DNA of 59,013 nt, counting the filler, from Dugesia japonica (taxonomy: Eukaryota), in assembly GCA_001938525.1 (NCBI GenBank). It is 6 parts of 6 records of this genome, joined end to end, with 100 filler letters (N's around TTAATTAATTAA, not from the genome) between each part and the next. Parts side by side here need not be neighbours in the genome. Positions count along the whole stretch, not along the records: positions 50,523 to 59,013 come from MQRL01611073.1; 5 more parts are not named here. One strand, given 5' to 3'. Of this stretch, positions 50,800-59,013 are shown in pieces (the first letter of the stretch is position 1; the number at the start of each line of letters is the position of its first letter). Below the pieces are notes generated by a model, which saw nothing but the letters and a program-made list of their open reading frames with translations, did not search any database and was not told where the DNA came from. The translations under genes and the position numbers were made by a program.

Positions 50800-53243
50800 A
50801 AATGAATACAAAGAATTTTGAGGAGAATATATTCATCAACAGTTCTTTGAATTTTTAAATAAATTAAATAATGAATTAAAAGATATAAAAGAAAATAAAT
50901 TAATTAAAACTTATACTGGAACTAATCATCCAGAATTTAGTAATCAAAACTGTAGATATTGTGATAAAGAAATGGGAACTGAAAAACCATTAATTGATCA
51001 TGATCACTTTAATGGGGGATTCAGAGGCTATTCTCATTCAAGATGTAATTTACAAGATAAATCAATAAAAAATTATTCATACCATTCTATTTTCACAATG
51101 CATCAGGTTATGACAATCATTTATTTGTCAAAGAATTAATTAGTAAATATCCCAAAGAAGTTAGAAGAATAATTTTCCATGCAGATGAAGTTTATATTTC
51201 CTTTGAATTTGGAAATTCAAAAGAACCATCAATAAGATTTTTAGACTCTGCAAGAATGTGTCCATTTACATTCATTGAAAAAAATGGGTGAAATGTTAAA
51301 TCAATCTGGAAATTATAATCATTTGAGATCTTTTAATTTACAATCGAAGAAAATATCATTTCCATATGAATATGTAAAAGGAGAACATATTAATCAAGTA
51401 ATTGAATTATTAAAAAGTAGTAACTTTCCAGGAAAAGAAGATTTTAATAATATATTAAGACAAAAGTAAATAAATGATCAAGAATACAATGAATTTTTAC
51501 AAGATTTTAATCAATTCAACAATTTATGGGATTATATGTTACATTACTAGAAACTAGATGTAATTATTTTAGCTGATTTCCTTGAAAACATTAGAGAAAC
51601 ATGTTTAAATAATTATCAAATTGATCCAAGTTATTGTTACTCAGCTCCAGGCTTAACTTGGAATTCTGGAATGAAATTCACTCAAGTAAAATTAAAATAT
51701 GCTTAGAAAGAATGTTATGAATGATTTAATAAAATAGAAAGAGGAGTTTGATGTGGATATTCAAGTGTTTGAGGTGATCGTCAGGTCTTTTCAAATAATC
51801 AAAAATCAAATAATAGATTTGGAAGAACTAGTCAATTAAACAAAGAACAAGTTGGAGATATATTATTTTTTTTAATTAAAAATAAAACTACTTCCTTCGG
51901 TAGCGATTGTAAAGGAGAGCCGATAAATTGGAAAAAAGAAACATATTTAAAATATTTAGATGAGAATTCTTTGCATTCAAGTTGTAAGACCAAACCTTTA
52001 CCAACAGTTGAAATCTATGAATGCAAAGACTTAACTTATACTAAATCAACAGATAAAATTAATTGTTTATGAAGTTGATTTAGAATATCTTAAAGAGATT
52101 CCTGAAAAAACAAAATACTTTCATTGACGACAGATCCATTAAATATTACAACAGAAATGTTTGCTCCTTATCAATTATCTTTTGATAAAATGTTATCTAA
52201 GAAAAATATAAAATTAACATTAAATCAATTTGACAAACAAAATTATATTATTTTAGGAAGTACTTTAGATTTATATTTATCTCTAGGAATGAAAATATTA
52301 AAAATACATTCAAAATACAAAATGCCAACAAAACCATGGTTGAAAGAATATATTCAATTTAATATCGACCAGAGAAATGAAGCTAAAAGAAATAATAATG
52401 TTTTTGGAGATTATTTCTTTAAATTTTTAAATAATGCTTTTTATGGGAAAACTTTAGAAAATATAAGAAATAGATGTAATGTTGAAAGTATAGATTCAGA
52501 TAAAGATTNNNNNNNNNNNNNNNNNNNNNNNNNNNNNNNNNNNNNNNNNNNNNNNNNNTCAAAGGTTTGCAAGTAAAATTAGTTTTAAATCTATTAAAAT
52601 ATTTGGTTTCAAAGAAAATGGTGAGGCGGAATCAGCAGCAATTTCTCTTTATAAAACTAAATTAAAATATAATAAATTCCCTTATATTGGTTTCACTATT
52701 TTAGAATATGCCAAAGAAGTAATTTACGTTTTTATTTATAATATGATGAATAAAACAATACCAAACAAGTATAAAATACATTATTCAGATACAGATTCAA
52801 TTTTTGTAGAAATAATTGGACAAGATAATTTAAACAAANTAACAAGTTTATTAGGAAATAATTTATTTCAAATGAAAGATGAAAAACCAAATTCTGAAAT
52901 AGTTAAATGTAATTTTATAAAATTAAAAAGTTATATTATTCAGGATCGAAATCTTAACAGGTCCCAAAATATATAGAAACAAAACATAAAGGATTTTCAA
53001 AAACTAATAAAATAGGAATGGAAGAATAAGATAAAGTTTTAAGAAATCCAAAAGAAATATGGTANCAATCACAGTTTAAAATCAAAGAAACATGAAATTG
53101 AATTAACTGAACAGAAAAAGATAGCTTTAACAGGGTATGATGACAAAAGATTAATTGAAGAAAATGGAATAAGGTCTTGGCCCCATGGAAATAAATTTAA
53201 ATGTAAAGTTTGTAATCAGTGGTATTTAAGATTAGATAAATAA
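50800..53243 (+). pseudogene. Polinton protein-primed PolB, near-complete catalytic region
   Basis: CRYC..DHDHFNGGFRGYSHSRCN (EndoVII-like), FHNASGYD, FLDS, FPYEY, YSAPGL, YLDENSL, NNAFYGKT, YSDTDS and DDKR motifs. Confidence 0.93.
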
Positions 53244-53269
53244 AAACAAAAATTAAATTGCAATTTCTT

Positions 53270-53593
53270 TAAAAGGTTTTAATGCATAAGAATCAAAATA
53301 ATATGGAGAAGAAAAAGCAACCCAATGAGTACCTTTTTGATTTGAATTTTGATAATTAATAATTATCGGAACTCCTTCCAGTCGTGAGCGTAAGCAAACT
53401 GACGCACGCGTGCGACATTTATCTTTATTTAAAGCATTAAGGAAAGCGTCACACGTGACGCTTTATTCATCTTTCATTAATTCTTTCAGTTCTAAATTAA
53501 AAAAATCAGCAAAAGAATACAAATCAAAATTAGTTTTAGTATTTATTCCAAATGTTTTTAAAAAGTCTAGAACTGAGTTTACGTAAGACATTT
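53270..53593 (-). pseudogene. Adenain-like protease, 3'-truncated
   Basis: GTHWVAF..YFDSY is present, then the gene breaks. Confidence 0.8.
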
Positions 53594-54625
53594 TCTAGTA
53601 TGAACTAATAAAGAAATAGTTTGACCATAAAAATCTATAGGATTATTATTTTCATCTATAATATTAAATTTTAAAAAATCAATACGTTGGGAATTTAATC
53701 TTGAATAAATTGGGGGATAAAGTCTTTATATAATTTTAAAACTAAAACCAACATAATTTACTGGAAACGAATATAATAAATTCATTATATTATAATTTGA
53801 TATAATTGATATAATTTCCTTTAACTAAATTACAAGTTATATTTATCATATTAATATTTAAAATACCAATTTTATTTACTGGATAGTATTTTCCAACTGA
53901 ATACTGGTTAGGTAAAAAACCTAAAATTGTTCGAAAAAAAGATTCTTTATTAAATTTAATTGTATTTTCTTTTATGAACTAATAAAGAAATAGTTTGTCT
54001 ATGAAAATCTATAGGATTATTATTTTCATCTATAATATGAAATTTCAAAGAATCAATACGTTTGGAATTTAATCTTGAATAAATTGGAGGATAAAGTCTT
54101 TCTATAATTTTAAAACCAAAACCTACATTATTTACTGGAAAAGAATATAATAAATTCAATGGTATGGCTTGATCGTTGGTATTTATATAATTACCTTTAA
54201 CTAAATTATAAGTTATATTTATCATATTAATATTTAAAATATCAATTTTATTTTCTGAATAATATTTTCTGAAAAACCTAAAATTGTATGAAAAAAAGAT
54301 ATTTCATCAAATTTAATTGTATTTTTTTTAATATCTAAATTACAGTTTGTTGTTAATTGATCTGGTGTAACTTCTATTCTATAATCTTTTAAATTATTAG
54401 ATATTTCTTTAATTTCATAAACACCTGGTTCTATTGTTTTTGTTTATATTGTTCCTGTCCTTGTTATAATTCAAAAGTATTATTTTTATTAGTAACATTA
54501 AAAATAATATTATAACAGCTAAAACGCAATAACCCCATTTCATATTCAGAATCTAATTCAATTGAAAATCTTAAATTAACTTTAAGATCAGATTCTTTAC
54601 CAACAACTAAAAATTGATGAGACAT
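53583..54625 (-). pseudogene. Penton-like gene with a tandem partial duplication of its 3' half
   Basis: MSHQFLVVGKESD start at 54625; the C-terminal half occurs twice (about 53970-54340 and 53583-53965). Confidence 0.8.
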
Positions 54626-54640
54626 TTTCTTTAGTATACT

Positions 54641-55570
54641 TTAGGTTAAGTATTTATTTTTATAAACATTATATTTTTTTTGAGTAATTAATTCCTGTTT
54701 TAATAATAATTTATAAACAGATTTAATTTGTTTGTATAAATTATTATGTCCTGCTTTTACAGCTGAAATTAATAATATTAATCTTTCAAATAAAGAAAGG
54801 GGATGATTCGAGTTTAAACCTTCTACTTTGATATCTTCTTTTTCCACTGGGATTTCTTTTATAGGTTTTTCTTTTTTAACTTCTCCCCCAGTTAAAAATT
54901 TATAATATTTATTTTGATGATGAAATTTAATATTAAATTTATTTAAATAAATATCAATTGCTTCAGGATCATTACTTCCATTTCATAAATTTAAATTCAT
55001 TAACTCTTCAAAAAAAGGAATTACTTTTTTATTATTTTGAAAGTAATTTTTCCCATTCTCTTCAAATAAATATATTTCTGTTATAGAACATCTATAATTA
55101 GGATAAATTATTTTTTGAAAGTTTTTATTATTAATAACTTCAGTTATAAATACGGGTATAACTGTTGGAACTTTTAAAAATTCAGTATTTGTAAAAGTAC
55201 TTGAAAAGAATTAAATTCTTTTTTCAAAAAGATTTGTTGGTTTTTTACTTGAATGGGACCCTCTAAGATTTTCAAGTGCTTTAATAATAGGTTGTTGTTG
55301 TACAGTTAAATCAGCTTGTAAAGTTTTTGACTCAATTACATTTCCACTAAATAAATTATCATAGTTATCATGAGCTTTAATTAATTCTTTTAAAAGTTTT
55401 ATTCTTTCTATTGCTTGTTTATTATCCATTTTCATAAGGATTTTTAAAAGGTTTTAAATATGAACCATCTCCTTTAATTTTAACGTGTATTCCATTTTTA
55501 AAGTTTCTAGTAATCATCTTCAACTCTGAATTAGGTAAACTATTTTTAAAATATCTTAATTGAACTTCAG
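54641..55570 (-). pseudogene. AGHNN-motif protein plus the C-terminus of the core protein
   Basis: Homologous to 3780-4739. Confidence 0.75.
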
Positions 55571-55899
55571 TAGAAGGATAATAGCACACAGGAACATCCC
55601 CCCCCGGAGGTAAAATTTTTTTCCATCCGATTTCTTTTTGGAATTTTTTGTATTTTTTTTTGATGTTTTTTAGGGAGAGGGGGGACTTTTTATTTTAATG
55701 AATTGAATTTTTTTGCAGGTTTTCATTAATATAAGAAATAAAAATTGAATTTTTTGTTTTAATGAAGTGGAGAGGGCGGCATTGCCGCAGTATGAGTTAT
55801 CGGGTTGTATTTTTGTTTTAATAAATGAAATATTTTGTTTGAATTCTTGGAATTTTTTGTTTTAATTAAGAAAAATTTAATTTTTTAATTTCCGCAAAA

Positions 55900-56550
55900 T
55901 GGTCAGGAATTCCAAGTCAACTGTAACTTATTCAATACATGAAATTTTTTTAATTTATTTAGCACATATTAGACATTTTTGACCATATAAATGAAACCTT
56001 TAAATATCATAGACCATATTACTATGGAATCTTTAGCATTCCTGCTGAAACCGGCATATTTATTTGAAAATGTACATTATTTGGTGGAAGAACTAGTTTA
56101 AAATCAACATATACTACAAATGGTGGTGTCAGACATTTTGATAAATCTTTAAACTCTAAAAATTTTTCTGACGGCATGGTATATAGAGTTGTACCGGTTT
56201 GGATTTTCTGGAAAATTATCACATGCTTCTCAAATACTTATTTATGTCAAAATCCATTTAAATTATTTGAATACCAATTTGATCTTATTCTCACACCTCC
56301 TTTAGTATACCGATTTAACAGTTTGTTCAGATCCATTACAGCCATGTAATGGTACTTGTTGTCATCTTCTAGCATCAACAAATAGATTTTCTCACCGTTA
56401 TATACTCTATTTATGTGAATGATATCTAAATTGGGATGTTTTTAAACCTCTTCATCATCATCTTCAACATTATTTGAATTCGACGAAAGTACATTGATTG
56501 AAAGACCTGTATTTTTCTTTCGAATTTCCGAATACTATCAAATTTCATTG
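55900..56550 (-). pseudogene. N-terminal pPolB fragment, possibly from a different Polinton family
   Basis: IRKFE..NTGLSINV, IYLLML..KYHYMAV..LNKLL and PPFVVYVDF motifs. Confidence 0.7.
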
Positions 56551-58056
56551 GCAATTATAGCTGGTTTAGCTTCTACAGCTGGAATTTAACCCTGAATTGC
56601 TAGTAAAGGTAGTAATTCTAGAGATGCAATTAAAAAGGAAAAAGAAACCGAATTAGTAGAATTACAGAAAAAAGATTTAGAAAATAAAATTAAAAAAGAA
56701 AAAGAAATTGAATTATTAGATAAAGATATTGCTTCAAAGAAACAAGGAAGTGGACTTTACTTAAAACCATATCAAAGAAGTGCAACTCATAAATATTTTG
56801 AAAATAGTTTAGATAATTCAGAATTGAAAATGATAACTAAAAACTTTAAAAATAGAATACAAGTTAAAATAAAAAGTGATGGTTTATTTTTAAAACCTTT
56901 TAAAAATGGATAGTGAACAAATAACAGAAAGAATAAAACTTTTGAAAGANNNNNNNNNNNNNNNNNNNNNNNNNNNNNNNNNNNNNNNNNNNNNNNNNNN
57001 NNNNNNNNNNNNNNNNNNNNNNNNNNNNNNNNNNNNNNNNNNNNNNNNNNNNNNNNNNNNNNNNNNNNNNNNNNNNNNNNNNNNNNNNNNNNNNNNNNNN
57101 NNNNNNNNNNNNNNNNNNNNNNNNNNNNNNNNNAATTTTATCACCATTAATTACACCAACATTTGAAATAGAAAATATTGATAATAAAAACTTTCTAAAG
57201 ATAAGTTCTCTTAATGAAGAATCATATTTATTTGAAGAAGATGGAAAGAAATACTTTTTATCTAAAGAAGAAGTAATACCATATTCTAAAGAAGTAATGA
57301 ATTTAATTTTGAGAAATGGAAGNNATGATTTAGAAGCAATGAAANTTTATTTTAAAAAATTAAAGATTAGATTTCCTACTAATTCTAAATATCGTGATTT
57401 ATTAACAAGGAAAAAAGAAGCTATTTTTAGTTGTTTGGAAAGAGTCTGATCTTAAGGTTAATTTAAGACTTCCTATAGAATTAAATTCAGATTATGATAT
57501 GGGATTATTATGTTTCAGTTGTTATAATATTATTTTTAATGTAACTAATAAAAATAATACTTTCTACTGTAATGATAAATTAATAACTATAGAACCATGT
57601 GCTTATGAAATTTAAAAAAATATCTAATAAAATGTCAAAGTATAAAATTGAAGTTACACCAGATCAATCAACAACAAAATGTAATTTAGCTATAAAAGAA
57701 AATACAATTAAACTTAATAAAGAATCTTTTTTACATACAATTTTAGGTTTTTTACCTTACCAGTATTCAGTTGGAAAATACTATTCAGAAAATAAAATTG
57801 ATATTTTAAATATTAATATGATAAATATAACTTGTAATTCAGTTAAAGGAAATTATATCAATAATATAACAATGAATTTATTATATTCTTTTCCAGTAAA
57901 TTCTGTTGGTTTTGGTTTTAAAATTATAGAAAGACTTTATCCTCCGATTTATTCAAGATTAAATTCCAAACGTATTAAAATTTAATATTATAGATGAAAA
58001 TAATAATCCTATAGATTTTCATAGACAAACTATTTCTTTATTAGTTCATAAAATAA
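56548..58056 (+). pseudogene. Core protein, AGHNN-protein fragment and penton-like gene (third copy of the module)
   Basis: Homologous to about 3600-5440, with an internal deletion near 57420. Confidence 0.8.
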
Positions 58057-58057
58057 A

Positions 58058-58549
58058 ATGTCTTTGAATTATACAGTTCTAGATTTTTTAAAAACATTTG
58101 GTATAAATACAAAAACTAATTTTGATTTGTATTCTATTGCTGATTTTTTAAATTTAGAACTGGAAGTATTAATGAAAGATGAATGTGACGACCGCTGTCG
58201 TCAAAAATTAAAAGATAAAAAAGCGGCCCTGCAGGGCCGAGTTTGCTTGCACTCACGACTGGAAGGAGTTCCTTTAATAATTAATTATCAAAATTCAAAT
58301 CAAAAAGGAACTCACTGGGTTGCTTTTTCTTCTGGTTTTTATTTTGATTCTTATGGATTNAAACCATTTAAAGAATTAGAATCAAAGGTAAAGGTTTATA
58401 ATGAAATTCAAGTTCAACCGTTTGGAACAAGTATTTTTGGAGTCTTATGTTTATATTTTTTATATATGCTTAAATATCGCAAAGGACCCCAATCTTTTAA
58501 AGAAATAATAAATGAATTAATAAATGAAACCTTTAAAGAATTACTTTAA
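58058..58549 (+). CDS. Adenain-like protease; ORF open but catalytic Cys replaced by Phe
   Basis: GTHWVA and YFDSYG present; QVQPFGTSIFG here versus SICG in copy A. Confidence 0.85.
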   Translation: MSLNYTVLDFLKTFGINTKTNFDLYSIADFLNLELEVLMKDECDDRCRQKLKDKKAALQGRVCLHSRLEGVPLIINYQNSNQKGTHWVAFSSGFYFDSYGXKPFKELESKVKVYNEIQVQPFGTSIFGVLCLYFLYMLKYRKGPQSFKEIINELINETFKELL

Positions 58550-58558
58550 AAAAATCCC

Positions 58559-59013
58559 ATGAATTTTTGTGGAGAAACATTAAATAGTCAAAATAATACA
58601 GAAATATTAAAACATGTTTCTGCAGTTAATTTAAATATTTTAAAAAATTGGAAAAAGAAGTATCTGAGTTAAAAAATCAATTATTTAATCAAAATATTTA
58701 TATTCAACAACTTATACAGAATAATAAATATTGGATTTAAGATAAAGCTGATTTAATAATTAATAAAAATTAATTAAAAAAATCTGTAATAAATTATAGA
58801 GATAATGTTTGGAGTGCTGAAACTAAGGTTGAAACTAAATTAAATGATATTCTTAGAGAAGCAAAAAATCTTAAACAAGAAATTAATAATTTATCAAGTA
58901 CTTTTTCACCTGAAAATTGAATAAAATTAATTTAGAATAGGAAAAACTATCACAAAAAGTAGAATTATTAAACAATCCTTTAGTTCCTTTAGAAGAAGAA
59001 TTTAATAAAATAA
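58559..59013 (+). pseudogene. Fibre-like coiled-coil gene, runs off the window
   Basis: MNFCGETLNSQNNTEILKHVSA...SPE...NNPLVPLEEEFNKI. Confidence 0.7.

Overview
This is very AT-rich eukaryotic (animal, probably invertebrate) genomic DNA and not one continuous locus. Five identical 100-nt linkers (N44-TTAATTAATTAA-N44) join six roughly 8.5-11.5 kb contigs, so adjacency across linkers means nothing. Only two host genes are clear: a two-exon TTLL1 tubulin polyglutamylase and an intronless rhodopsin-class peptide GPCR. There is also one orphan ORF. The rest is decayed mobile DNA. (1) Several rearranged copies of a Polinton/Maverick (adintovirus-like) element carry protein-primed PolB, adenain protease, penton-like minor capsid, a core/pX-like protein, a fibre-like protein and a membrane protein. 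(2) A separate virus-like contig has two diverged copies of an A32-like packaging ATPase head-to-head with a TBP-like gene. (3) There are Ty3/gypsy, mariner, Tc1, pogo and Penelope remnants, including a gypsy nested in a mariner. The most interesting signals are the TBP-like/ATPase pair sharing a back-to-back TATA palindrome with conserved spacing, CGCG-centred GC-rich palindromes at fixed Polinton sites whose sequence differs between copies, and a dense cluster of RFX X-box and nuclear-receptor motifs upstream of a pPolB. All family calls come from reading motifs by eye; no database searches were run. Pseudogene boundaries are approximate.
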